A stretch of DNA of 64,000 nt from Octopus sinensis (GCF_006345805.1 NC_043013.1:40176001-40240000); one strand, 5' to 3'; counted from the first letter of the stretch, positions 26,942 to 39,859 are shown. The notes: generated by a model not told the origin, from the sequence alone. Made by a program: numbers and translations.

Positions 26942-28749
26942 TCACAGTGATTTGGTTCCTAATTCCATAAGGTCAAGCCACTGAGTAGAGAGAAAGGTCA
27001 GGAAATTTCTAAAGAATAGATGGGTAACATTCATGCTTTCCTAACAACTTAAGTGAAGTGAAATAAAATTAGAAATTGAAACCTTGTTACACTTTCCAGT
27101 AGTTTGCGATTTATCACAAATTTTATAACATAGCGCCACTTTAAGAGAAAAAAACAGCTATTGAAATTAAATTATAAGCTATATTAATAACAATAAAGAA
27201 GGCAGCGAGCTGGCAGACTGGAGCGCGTCGGACAAAATGCATAACTATATTTCTTCCGACTTTTTACGTTCTAAGCTCAAATCCCATCGCGGTTGACTAT
27301 GCCTGTCATACATTCAGGGTCGATACAATAACTAATCAAATATTTGAGTAGATGAAATTAATATTTCTCAGACATTCTCTCCCATACGCAAAGTAAATGA
27401 AATAATCCCACATACGAGGTGTGCTGAAAAGTTCCTGGCTTTGACTAAAAGAAAATACAGGAGGACCGGTTAATTACGATTTTATCCGACATATTCCCCT
27501 CTCAGATTTACACGCTTATTGCAGCGGTCTTGCAGCTCTCCTCAAAATCGTTGGCCTTGTGCTAAAATATGATGATTCTGCAATTTCTTGCTCAACGACC
27601 TGCACAGATGATTTCTTTATAGCAATCAAATGTTCGTGCGGCACATTAGCTCACTTTCTCTCTCCATCAAATCGATGTTGCCTGGACAGGTGTACGGTGT
27701 ACCACGTGTCAGGTGGGGAAATGATCGCAGAATACCATGAGATGAAGTGTTTTGCTCAAGACCACAACGCACCACTCGGTCAGGAATTGAAACCACGATC
27801 TTGCAGGTCATGAGTGCAACACCCTCAAGGGCCCGGGAACAAGGAGTGCAGCGGGTACACCTGCACCCCTTGGAATTTTCAGGTGGTGCAAGATCAAAAT
27901 TTGCCCCCCCTACATAATTTTACCAGTTTCAGAAAATAATGTCTAAAAAATTATCTATATAAGATGCTTGAAGCTAGATTTCGTTTCAAAGCAGAAACAA
28001 AGAACAAAAATAAATAAATAAATAAATAAAAGTGATGAAGCTGGGCTCAAAATTTCCAAGGGAATTTATGACTAACCAACTTCTGAAGCAAAGTAGCGTC
28101 AAAATAATAAGTATGTGACAACAACAACAGTAGCAGCAAACAACAAGAACAACAACATGACCAGCATCTACGGCTACTCTTCAATACATAGCATTACTTG
28201 GATTCTTGAAGACAGCTCTATTGTGACAAAAATAACTCAAAAATCTTGCCATGCTGAAAATGTGTGAAGGTTCTTGTCCTCTCTCAGTCTGTCACCTCTC
28301 TCAAGTTCTTTGTAGTTGATGTTGCTAAAGACTAACGACATGGTTGAATGGATTCGACTGTTTGACCTCAGCCTAAAAATAAAAGCCCTTTAAAAATTCT
28401 TTCAGTCATATCGGTTTTCTTATTTAGGTTGTTAGGCCCAAAGTTTGACAAGGGAACAAAATGATTTATTTTTATCTTTAATATTTAATGCTCATTGTTA
28501 AATGCTTCGATACTTATTGCTCATTCGAAATACTAGTCCAGTTTAATAAAAAAAAAATTGAAAGGAAACATTTAACTACAAATGATTGCAGATCAACCCC
28601 GAAATTACCTAATTTGCATAGAAATGTATTCGACAATTTCAGATTAATTTATATAAAAAGGAAATGATATTAAAAGCATTACCTACCGTCATCCTGAGGC
28701 GGTTAACCACGAAGATCACTTCAGAGGTGCTTTTTTTTGCTCATAAGTC

Positions 28750-30125
28750 TAACCCTAGCTGAGGCCAGCACACAGGTTAATATGCTTTTAACAGGGGTCT
28801 TTAATTTTACTAATCTTAGCTGGTCCGAGGATTATATCCAGCCTGGAACTAAGCAACTGAAGTGGAGGGATATGAACCCTTTCCTCGATACAACAAAAGA
28901 CTTTCCCATACAACAAATTATTACCCGTTCAATTAGGGGAAAATAGCATAGTCGACTTTGTTTTTATTCACAATGTTCAGGTCATTCCCACAGCTATTTC
29001 CAACCAAAGCATTATACAATTATCTGTATATGGTACAAAGAAATATCCGACTCGCAGCATGGATTTCTACCCTGAAGATCTTGCCTAACAAATCTTCTCC
29101 TTCTTGAAGAATGGATTACAAGGACCATGGATGAAAATGACTTGGTGTGCGTGGTATTTTTGGACTTCGCAAAGGCGTTTGACTCCGTTAATCACTGACT
29201 TCTCTTGCGCAAACTTCGAGCATTCAAGAATCATCCATTGGTGACTTTGTAGATTTCTTCCTTCCTGAGCTACCGAACCTTTTGGGTGCAGATAAATGGA
29301 GATCTCTCTGCGGAGACGAATGCATGCAGCGGCGTTCCCCGGGGTCGGTGCTGGGGCCAATACTTTTCTTTCTCTATATCAACGGCCTGCCAGATCTTCT
29401 AGATGGAAGAGTTCTCCTATTTGCAGACGACGTCAAACTTGTCTCACCTAGGAATCAATACGACATGCTCCAATCGTCGCTGAACCGAGCTTGGAATTGG
29501 GCGGAAGAATGGAATCTGAACTTGAAAGCCTCAACATGCAGCCATTTGCCAATAGGTTCACCTCCAAACTCTCCCTTGACTATTGGCCACAAACATCAAC
29601 ATCTGAAGATGATCACTGAAGAAAAGGATCTCGGAATAATGAGCGATACTACTTTCAAACTACCACGGCAGAGTATCGAGGCGGCGAACAAAGCCAGAAG
29701 GAATCTTTTCCTCATCTACTGATCTTTTGCCAACCTTTCAATGGACGTCTTTTGGCCTGTATATATCACTCTAGTTCGACCCATCCTCGAATATTACATC
29801 CATACCTCAAACTCATATCTCCAGAAAGACATTCAGCACCTGGAACGGGTTCAGCACTTGGCCACCCGAATGGGCGCGGGCTTGTCTAAGCTTGCGTAAG
29901 AGGAACATCTCCAATGGCTGGCATTGCCTTCACTCAAACGACGGAGGATGCAGGGAGATCTCATCCGACTTTCAACATCTTCAACGGACATGTAAACCTA
30001 CCATTTGCGGAGATTTTCACCCCTGCGCCGGATAGAGGTCTTCGTGGGCATGATCGCAAACTCTATCCCCGACACTTTCGTTTCAACAGGCGGAAGGCCG
30101 CATTCTCTGTCCGTATCGCAGCCCC
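28750..30125 (+). mobile_element. CR1/L2-group LINE remnant with internal deletion
   Basis: Endonuclease end (GVFNF.NLSW...QQII.RSIRG) closely followed by VFLDFAKAFDSVNH, GSVLGPILFFLYIN, LLFADDVKL; frameshifted. Confidence 0.8.
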
Positions 30126-31321
30126 GTGCATAATCCAAGCAAATTCTTTGATCCCACTACTCAAGTGCAGAGACACAACTTAAAATTAATATCATGGAAG
30201 TTGATATACTTGCGGCTATTAATGATTTAGACCCAAACCCAGCATCTGTACCAAATAGTATTCCCGTTATATTGCTAAAAAACGTGCAAAAACCACCTCA
30301 TTAAATCATTAAAGGTACTATTTCAAAAGTCGCCAGATACCGCCATATTCCCGAGACTATTGAAAGAAGCTATAATAAAACCTATATAGTTACAAAGAAG
30401 GTAGCAGTGCTGAAGCTAAAAATTACAGACCTGTTTCTCTCACGTCTTACGCGTCTAAAATTATCCAATGCCTTGTCCGAAGACAAAAAGTAATAACATA
30501 CCTGGAGGAAAACAACTTAGATGACACTCGGTATAGGTTTCGGACTGAACGAAGTTGCTTGTCACAATTCTTACAGCATCATAACACTACCTTTAATAAT
30601 CTCTTAAGGGGAAAGATCATTGACTGTTAAAACCTTGATATTGTTAAGGCGTTTGACAAGACTGATCATGGAATCATCTTTCATAATTTATGAAATCTTG
30701 GTATCACAGGAAAAGTCGGAGAATGGTTCTTTAACTCCCTATACGGTAGGAGTCAACCTATTACTGCAAATGGATTTCTCTCCAGGTTACCTGTAATACG
30801 TTGTATACATCAGGGAATGAATTACACAAGAATATCGATGGCTAGGAGCTAAACCAGAAAAAATACGAAAATTAGTACATCAAAATTTCAGCTTCTTCAT
30901 TACAAACGAATTCACCCAAACCGCAATATTTGACACAAGGTAACATAATGATTCAGAGCACTAATGACATACAGGACTTAGGAATAATCATGTCAAATGA
31001 TGCATTTTCCATCAGCCATATTATCAAACTAACTTAAATGCAGCAAACTCATAGGCTGCATCCTACGAACATTCATGACAAGGGAACCGGTAGTTAGTTT
31101 TATTTTTAGGGAAAACCCTAGTTCTGAGCAGTTTATATTACTGCTTACAATTTTAATCTTCTAACTCATCCGGTCTCATAGAAGAAATTGAAGGGTTACA
31201 AGGAATGTTCACTGGTAAAATACCTTCAGTTAAAAGTCTTATTTACCGAGAATGTCTGAAAGCGCTGAGTCTCTTGACACCAAAGAGAAATATATACTAT
31301 CACATTCATATGGAAAATTGT

Positions 31322-31616
31322 TGGGGGACATATGGCGTAGTGGTTAAGGGCGCGGGCTACTAACCCCAAGATTCCAAGTTCGATTCCAAGCAGTGATCTG
31401 AACACTAACAACAACAACAATAACAACATCAACAATAATAATAACATCGAAAAATACCTTAGGAATGAGAACACAGGTTCGAAATTTCCCCAAGACACCT
31501 GAAGAAGGCTGGAGAGTATATCAGCCGAAACGTTGTGTTAACAACAAACAAGATGAGGACAAATATCCATCGAATGTAAATAATGTATATAATTCCTCAT
31601 CTCTTAAATATAGAAG
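31322..31616 (+). mobile_element. Composite SINE-like element: tRNA head + (AAC/AAT)n + hammerhead + Penelope-like tail
   Basis: A-box TGGCGTAGTGG (31333-31343), B-box GTTCGATTCC (31378-31387), hammerhead, 3' hairpin AGATGAGGA/TCCTCATCT. It splits the host LINE peptide WKI|VEGHVPNFG. Confidence 0.75.
31494..31539 (+). ncRNA. Minimal type-I hammerhead ribozyme
   Basis: Stem I GACAC/GTGTT, CTGAAGA (31499-31505), one extra A, stem II GGCTG/CAGCC, GAAA (31527-31530), palindromic ACGT in place of stem III, GUU cleavage triplet ending at 31534. Confidence 0.75.
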
Positions 31617-33169
31617 TGTGGAGGGACATGTTCCAAACTTCGGCACTGGAGAGAGTTTTAATGCACGAACATTTATATACTCTAAGCTTGCAAATATACT
31701 ACGTTCGAAATCATGGGCTAAAATACTCTATTGTAACAATCTAATATTTAGAGTTCTCTCAACTGTTCAACTACCGATCTAAATTAAAAGAAATATAAAA
31801 GAGACTTGTACTGTAACATTAAAAAACACTCCAAAAACTCATTAGATGAACTCTTAACAATACCTTAGAAGTCAACCATTCAAGGATGATGCATTCAGAG
31901 GAGAACAGCTATTAGAAAACTCAATCATAGACCACCTTCCAGTCAAGAAGCAACAACAAAACCTAATTGAAAATACATTAAGGTGGTGTTCCAGAATGGC
32001 TGCAGTGCTATCATTAAAAGGATATGAGTACGCACACACACACACACACAGAGGCGCGCGTGCGTGTGTGTGAGTTTGTATGTGAGCTGATGTGTGATTC
32101 ATCTTGTATCAATATTGTACCAGACAGAAGGCGATGAGTTGGCAGAGACGTTAGCATGCCGGGCGAAATGCTTAATGGTATTTCGTCTGCCGTTACGTTC
32201 TGAGTTCAAATTCTGCCGAGGTCGACTTTGCCTTTCATCCTCGGGGTCGATAAACTAAGTACCAGTTGCGTACTGGGGCCGATCTAATCGTCTGGTCCCC
32301 TCCCAAAATCTTTTGGGCCTTGTGCCTCGAGTAGAAGAGAACTTACTACCAGACGGCAGTCTTCAGTAATTATTCCCGAAGGTACCATGACCACAATCTT
32401 TTATATCAATGCTGAATACGTGTGTGTGTATATATATATGTGTGTGTGTGTGTTGTGTGTGTGTGTGTGTATAAATCAGGCTGAAACCAGGTACAGTTCC
32501 GAGGATGTTCCAACTTCCTGGAAAATTGGTCGAAAACTCCCTGGAAAGTTCCGCGGATTTCATGGAAAGTTCCAGTGATTTCGTGGAAAGTTCCGAGGAT
32601 TTTCCAACGTTTGTGCCTATTCTTACTGCTCATGCTAGATGTTCTATATATATAACTGCCATGTATATTTTCATTACTAGTGACTTCAACTACCCTGAAA
32701 TTGAATGGGAAACTTTTCGTTGGTAATAACACTTTGGACCTGCTCTTTACCACCACTCCCAGAACTGCAGCTGGATGCCCTTCCTAACGCCAACCACTCT
32801 GAGAGTGTAGTGGGTGATGTTTTTACGTGTCACCGGCCAATTTCCTGTCTAGTACTCATTTTAGATCCCTAGTTTATCTTTTCACTTTTCATTCTTTTCT
32901 TTCCTTCCAAATTCCTTCCCTCTTCCCCATCTTTCTATCCTTCTCCTGAGCCTTCTCATTGTACCTTTGGAACACAAACACCACTATTTTCTTCCTTTTT
33001 TTTTTTGTTAGTTTTTGTCATGTAGTGTCCCACATTTTCAAATACTTGCAATTTGTATTTTTACTGCTTGATTCATTTCCAAAATTAAACATTTTAATAT
33101 GCAAAATATACTTCACATTATTATATATACTATGCATTACTGCAAAAAAATTGTGTTTATTGGCTATCT

Positions 33170-33663
33170 TCAAAATGATCACACCATCAATGGAAAATTT
33201 TAATACCAACTTCCTAAGGCAGTTATGAAAGGCTATCAAGACAAAACACCCAGAAAAACTGATGAATGGGATCTTGTTTCATTAGGACAAAGCTTCAGCA
33301 CACAAGTCCTTGGTTTCAATGGCTGCTGTGTGTGACTGGCTTTGAACTGGTTAATCGTCCTTCCTACGTTAGTGATTTGGTTCCTTCTGGTTAGTGATTT
33401 GTTAGTGATTTGGTTCCTTCTGTTTCCCAACATAGAAAAACACTCAGCTGAGCACCAGTATCACTATGATGAGAACATCTTATCTGTTGTTGATGACCAT
33501 TTTGATCAACAGAAAAGCTTCTTCACCAGTGCGACCCAAGCACTGCAACTACTAATGGAAGTATGTGGACAGTAAGAGGAACTATGTTAGAAAATTAACT
33601 TCATTTGGTCACATTCCATTGAGAGTGTCTTGCTCAGATTATGAACATTTCAGCCGACCCTCA
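33170..33663 (+). mobile_element. mariner transposase C-terminal remnant with 3' TIR
   Basis: ILFH-stop-DKASAHKS...ELVNRPSY...LFPNIEK; TIR TGAACATTTCAGCCGACCCTCA followed by TA. Confidence 0.7.
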
Positions 33664-33924
33664 TAATAAAAAAAATTATTATTTACATGTATTTGTTTTA
33701 ATGTTAACATTGGAAAAATCCACATTTTTCATTTAAAAAATTAGGACCTGGGTTTGCACCCCCTTAGCAAATTTTGTTGCTGGGCCACTGAACACCCTAA
33801 CCACTAGACCACACACCCTCACACTGTGCCACAGTAAGAAAGAATTAATAACCGAGAAGGATGGAGTCTATAAAGTGTGTGTGTGTGTGTGTGTGTGTGC
33901 ACGCGCACATTCCTTTTTGTTAAT

Positions 33925-34137
33925 TCTATTTTACTTGCTTCAGCCATTTGACTGCGGCCATGCTGGAGCACCGCCTTTAGTCGAGCAAAATGACCCCAGG
34001 ACTTATTCTTTGGAAGCTTAGTACTCATTCTATCGATTTTTTTGCCGAACCGCTAAGTTACGGAGACGTAAACACACCAACATCGATTCTCAAGCGATGG
34101 TTGGGGGACAAACACAGACACACAAATACATACATAC

Positions 34138-34215
<78 letters not shown>

Positions 34216-34231
34216 ATAATATATATATTAT

Positions 34232-34265
<34 letters not shown>

Positions 34266-34440
34266 CACGACGGGCTTCTTTCAGGTTCCATCTCCCAAAT
34301 CCACTCACAAGGCTTTGGTCGGCCCGAGGCTTTAGTAGAAGGTGCCACGCAGTGGGACCTTGGGCAAGTGTCTTCTACTAAGTGTGACTGAACCCAGAAC
34401 CATGTGGTTGGGAAGCAAGCTACTTACCACACAGGCACTC
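33925..34440 (-). mobile_element. OK-like SINE with internal (TA)n
   Basis: Colinear with 36858-37298 and 57665-58026. Confidence 0.8.
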
Positions 34441-34938
34441 GTGTATTTTTATTTCTTTATTTATACATGACTGAGCCAGAGAAGTGAGGATAGCGCCCAT
34501 GAATCTTTTCGAGTCCTTCGTAATTGGTAGGGTGAGATGAGGAAGTTACATTCAATCCTGGAACTACATTATCCGATGTGATCTTCTTTTCCTTAAAATA
34601 AGTAGAATGTGGTTTGAGGGAAAATTGGCAGTTATATCTAGCAAATCGAACGACTACATAGAAAATCTTGGTTTCTTGCAACAGAATGGAATCTACGAAA
34701 GACACCCAAGGGCCAGGTGGGGGTATTTTCAACTGGGTTACGTATTTCAATCTAGGATACAAGAACATGAACAAGAACAAGCCCTCCGACGGGCTTCTTA
34801 ACAAGTTTCCGTAAAACAAATTTTCTCTTCCGAGGTTCGGGTCGAGAGAGAACTGTGTGCTCTGTGTTGAGATAAGGTTACTGCTTCTGCTACTGCTGTT
34901 GCTGATGATGATGATTATTATTCTCATTCTTATTATTC

Positions 34939-35006
<68 letters not shown>

Positions 35007-35007
35007 G

Positions 35008-35393
35008 TGGAGGCGCAATGGCCTAGTGGTTAGGGCAGCGGACTCGCGGTCGTAGGATCGCGGTTTCGATTCCCAGACCGGGCGTTGTGAGTGTTTATTG
35101 AGCGAAAACACCTAAAGTTCCACGAGGCTCCGGCAGGGGATGGTGGTGATCCCTGCTGTACTCTTTCGCCACAACTTTCTCTCACTCTTACTTCCTGTTT
35201 CTGTTGTACCTGTATTTTAAAGGGCCGGCCTTGTCACTCTCTGTGTCACGCTGAATATCCCCGAGAACTACGTTAAGGATGCACGTGTCTGTGGAGTGCT
35301 CAGCCACTTACACGTTCATTTCACGAGCAGGCTGTTCCGTTGATCGGATCAACCGGAACCCTCGTCGTCGTAACCGATGTTGTGCTTCCATTC

Positions 35394-35395
<2 letters not shown>
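35008..35395 (+). mobile_element. tRNA-derived SINE, same family as 10915, within an (ATT)n tract
   Basis: Aligns end to end with 10915-11302; (ATT)n on both sides. Confidence 0.85.
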
Positions 35396-35434
<39 letters not shown>

Positions 35435-35791
35435 TATTATTATTATTATTATTTCATAAACTCTATGTTAGCCCTAATCAAGCAGATCTCTCATCAAAAT
35501 CATACCACCCACGACCAGCCAGTCTTATAAATTTTCAGAGAAAATATAGCGAATACTATATTATCCGATGTGATATTCTTTTCCTTAAAATGAGTAGAAT
35601 GTGGTTTGAGGTAAAATTGGCAGTTATATCTAGCAAATCGAACGACTACATAGAAAAACTTCTAGCTATTGGCTCGTAATAGATGCACTTTATCAACCGT
35701 GCATACAAAATGTCTTCTTTTAATACTCTCTACAGTAAATCTTGTTTACATAATGCTACAATTTTTATATCCATTTCTTTTTCTCCCCATA

Positions 35792-35823
<32 letters not shown>

Positions 35824-36084
35824 TCATTTTTGCAAATAAAGTATTTATTTATTTTGATGTAGAGTGCAGCATCATTACTGAGTTGTGTCCCTTTATGTTG
35901 GAGTCCTCTCCCATGATTAACATTTTTATTATTTTCAGATTTACAAAAGTAATTAATTCTTTTTATTTTCGTTGCCTAATTACAAATTTATCAAAATATA
36001 CAAATTTCGGAAATATTACTATATTTAGAAATTGCTGTTAATCAATCGATAGTTTTCGATCGGGCTGATCATTTTGGGAGGAAA

Positions 36085-36858
36085 AACCCAGTGTCTACTT
36101 ACTCCCTCCACAACACTAATCTCAAAAAGTCTTCTTGTGAACGTGACCTGGGCGTTATTGTCGACAGCGATTTGCGTTGGACAAAACACATCACTAAAAT
36201 TGCCAAGAAGGCTGAGGGTGTCTTAGCATCACTCACCAAGTCCTTTGTGAGCCGCTCTCCGGCTATCTATCTGCGGCTTTATTTAGCTATGGTACGACCT
36301 CACCTGGAATTTGCATCACCGGTTTGGAACCCCTATCTTGCCCAGGATATCAATCGTCTGGAAGCTGTTCAGCGACGTGCAACCAAGAGAATACCCTCCA
36401 TCAGGCATTTGCCATATTCTGAACGCCTTACTGGGCATGGACACATTGAAACTCCGACGTCTGGCAGCTGACTTGGCAGACACCCATAAAATTATTAACC
36501 ATCTTACTAACAATAACTCTGAGCACCTTTTCAAACTCCATCTATCTAACACCCGTGGACATGTTTACAAAGTCAGAAAACAGCACAGCTCCCATGACTT
36601 TCGGAAACATTTTTTCACGCTAAGAGTTGCTGAAGCATGGAACAAACTGCCGGCATCAGTTGTTAGTTGTCGGAGCACTGCATCCTTCAAAACTTCCATG
36701 CTTCCTGAGATTCGCCAACACTACACCTGATTTTCTTCCCTCCATACACACGCAAGCATGTATCTGACTCATACACTGTTCACTTTCCAGACATTTGTAC
36801 ATTACTGCATATACTTTATACGCACTTTTGACAAGTTGTGGTGCATCTGAGCACTCTT
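36085..36858 (+). mobile_element. 5'-truncated CR1/L2-group LINE 3' end
   Basis: ERDLGVIVDSDL, VRPHLEFASPVWNPY, LEAVQRRATK, TRGHVYK, FFTLRVAEAWNKLP; one frameshift; 3' UTR to about 36858. Confidence 0.85.
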
Positions 36859-37067
36859 TTACTTGTTTCAGTCATTTGACTGCGGCCATGCTGGAGCACC
36901 GCCTTTTTCAATCGAGCAACTCGACCCCGAGACTTATTCTTTTGTAAGCCCAGTACTTATTCTATTGGTCTCTTTTGCCGAACCGCTAAGTAACGGGGAC
37001 ATAAACACACCAGCATCGGTTGTCAAGCAATGCTAGGGGGACAAACACAGACACACAAACACACCCA

Positions 37068-37141
<74 letters not shown>

Positions 37142-37298
37142 TACGATGGGCTTCTTTCAGTTTCCGTCTACCAAATCCACTCACAAGGATTTGGTCGGCC
37201 CGAGGCTATAGTAGAAGACACTTGCCCAAGGTGCCACGCAGTGGGACTGAACCATGTGGTTGGTAAACAAGCTACTTACCACACAGCCACTCCTACGC
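36858..37298 (-). mobile_element. OK-like SINE
   Basis: Full length, directly abutting the LINE 3' end. Confidence 0.8.
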
Positions 37299-37655
37299 CT
37301 ATGTATACAATAATTTCATTATTATTATATTGTTTTATCAGGTGGATTTTAGAAGGCAAGATACAGTGGAATTGTCTGAGATAAAATCTATTTATAGAGT
37401 TCGAATGGTAGTTCTCAATCACTTTTTATCTATGGGCTCTTTTGATTACTGTTTTATTCTGTAGGATCCCCACAACCATTTGATGCTTAAAAACTAGTTT
37501 TATTGAAACTTCTTTCAAAATTCCTATTTCGCTTTTCAAACATTTACTTGTGTAGGTTTGCAATATCAATCACTGAGAGAAAGTGTTTCAGTGGCTGGAA
37601 ACATGTTGAACTATGCAAAACATTAGAGAAAGAAACCTGTTTCCCGTAATAAATA

Positions 37656-38314
37656 TGTAGCGGGCTAGATGTGATGTGTCATATCAGTTCGATGTGTTGT
37701 AGCCCACGACTGAATGTAGCGTGTAGACGTAACGCCTGAAGGTTCTCACGCTGGAGAAACCAGTAAACATCGAAGAATCAACACCAAGAAGGAAGAAATA
37801 ATATTTACATATGCTTATTCGTTTGCCCGACATATAGTTAAAGAGACAGTAGCAATTCTAGTGATAGTGACAAGGATGGCTCGCTGGTTAGTAGTTGATA
37901 GGTTGTCTGTCAGGTGAGAGTGAAAGAGTAAGGAATGCATGGTGCTGACTAGAGAGGAAGAAAGGATATAGGCATTTCTTGCGTCCAAAAGCCTCTCTTC
38001 GCATGTCGAGCGGAGGGCGAAAGAAGTGTTGCTATTGGATAAGGCTAACGCAAAAGTGGGCATTGCTCCTTGGTCATAGCTGACACATAAGAGGAAGAGA
38101 TAGGAAATTCTCTCTGTTATATAGACTATGGTCAGTAATGTAGATCAAACCTGAAACAAAGTACTGACCTTTCCTTGACCAGCACAGGTCCTAGGGGGTC
38201 GAGTGCTTCCTCATCAATCAGCTGATGTGGAAAGGATTTCCCGCTCGTTTTGACAAGCAACAAGCGGGTGGATATGGTTTCAAATCTCAGGCAGGATCAA
38301 GCTAGATCCTTACA
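37656..38314. mobile_element. Solo LTR (Gypsy-type)
   Basis: TGTA...TACA termini flanked by a 4-bp TSD AATA (37652-37655 and 38315-38318). Confidence 0.75.
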
Positions 38315-39003
38315 AATATATCTTTTTTTTTTTTCGTGGACTTTTAAACTTTACTATTTTGTTTGCGGACCCCTAAAAATCTTATATGGTCCCTCAGGTG
38401 TCATATGGACCCCAACTGAAAACTACTGACTTTGAATATAAATTGCAGTGTGATGGACAATGCAGTAACTCGCAAGAACGATTGGTACATTTCAACCTTT
38501 TGATTGTAACTTGGTCAAACGAAATTTGTGTTTTTATATTATATACAGAAAATAACACGATTTCCCCCACCCACCCCAACTGGACGAACTTCCTCGTATC
38601 AACATGAGAGAAAGGACTCAATACGTAAAATAGAACACAATTTTTTTTTCTCCCTTTATTAACTGCAAAAATACGTAAATGACACTAGGGCCTAGAAGTT
38701 CGTGCGAATTTGATTAAGTTGTCTAGTACGAAACTGTAGGCCGTTCAGTTACATTTGTAGTTCAATGTTTAGTAAATAATGGAGTGGAATCTTAGCAAAA
38801 TGCCAGTAATTTTATGTGGAGGTGTAAGTTGATTGCGTAGACTGCCGTGCTTAACTGGTACTTATTTTATCGAATCGGAAACGATGGAAGGCAATTGATC
38901 TCAGAACGTATAGAGCTGGAAGAAATGCCGCTAAAGATTTTGTCCGACTCGGTAATGAAATAGAAAATTTTCAAAATCAAGAATAAACAAGTTGGTGCAT
39001 GGA

Positions 39004-39126
39004 TTCGCGCCCACGCATGAGCACAAAAGAGTGTGTACACACGCGCGCGAAACTATGCGTCTTTCTGAAAACATTCTAACCGTAACCATAAAAATCGTTC
39101 CAAACATGACTGCTCCGCCTTTTGAA
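39004..39126. promoter_or_regulatory. CpG-rich upstream element with E2F and CHR motifs
   Basis: TTTCGCGC on the minus strand (39045-39052), TTCGCGCC (39004-39011), TTTGAA (39121-39126). Confidence 0.35.
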
Positions 39127-39859
39127 AGTATCCCAACGTGACAGTTTTGTCTTTTTAAAACCTGTATTCTCTTTCATGTCACACCGAACCATTTTTTCAT
39201 ACGATACTCACTGAAAAAATTTAAAAAATTAAAAATTAAAAGACAGGATGGTCGTGGGTGGAATATTTTTGATCATAAGTCTGTTCAATCAGAGCTACAG
39301 CTGAGACAATGGTAACTACTAGCGACAGACTTGTATGTGTGTTTCCACTGCAGTGACCCAGCATGCAAAAATTTGCAGCTAAATTAATCCATAGAAATAT
39401 TGAATGAACCAGTAGACTTATGAACACAGACATTCAAACCATGACTATCCAGTCTTTCCTCCACCCCCACCTAGGAATATATTAGTCGATGTTTCCTTTC
39501 ATTTTTAAAAATACAAAACGGTAGGACTATCTAAGGGATATTTGACTGTTGTTTCTAGCCGGCTACCCGACTGTATACGAGCCCATTAGTTTTACTTCGT
39601 ATCTGGTTGTATAGTATCAACAAATAACAATGCATGCTGGGAATAAATTAAGATGTTTATTGTAAAACTCGCAAATATCTTTTTCAAATACTCATTTATA
39701 AATCCCAACAAGGACTCAGCGAGCTTTGGCATTATATAAGATGAAGTTTTCTATAACTAAATCCCGAAAACAAATCTTAAATAGAAAAAAATTATTAAAA
39801 ATTGTAAGGAATGATTCTGAGTAAGCCGCTATGTTATAACGGTTTCACAACAAAACTGA

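Larger units (their letters stand above)
30210..31960 (+). mobile_element. Second CR1-like LINE RT remnant, interrupted by the hammerhead SINE
   Basis: KNYRPVSLTS, FRTERSCLSQF, DIVKAFDKTDHG, WKI|VEGHVPNF. Confidence 0.7.
27826..33790. mobile_element. hAT-superfamily DNA transposon with nested insertions
   Basis: 8-bp TSD AACACCCT (27818-27825, 33791-33798); imperfect TIRs CAAGGGCCCGGGAA / CAGTGGCCCAGCAA; weak minus-strand RAFIFRLRSNSRIHSTMS near 28335-28395, resembling the hAT dimerisation motif. Confidence 0.75.

Noticed and set aside
29282-29722. 146-aa ORF (and 36091-36730 ORFs) as functional reverse transcriptase genes
   Set aside because: Frameshifted, truncated LINE fragments; annotated as remnants.
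31323-31395. tRNA-like head as a real tRNA gene (likewise heads at 10915, 20921, 35008)
   Set aside because: No pairing acceptor stem, broken anticodon stem, no terminator, and it continues into a repeat body; these are SINE promoters.
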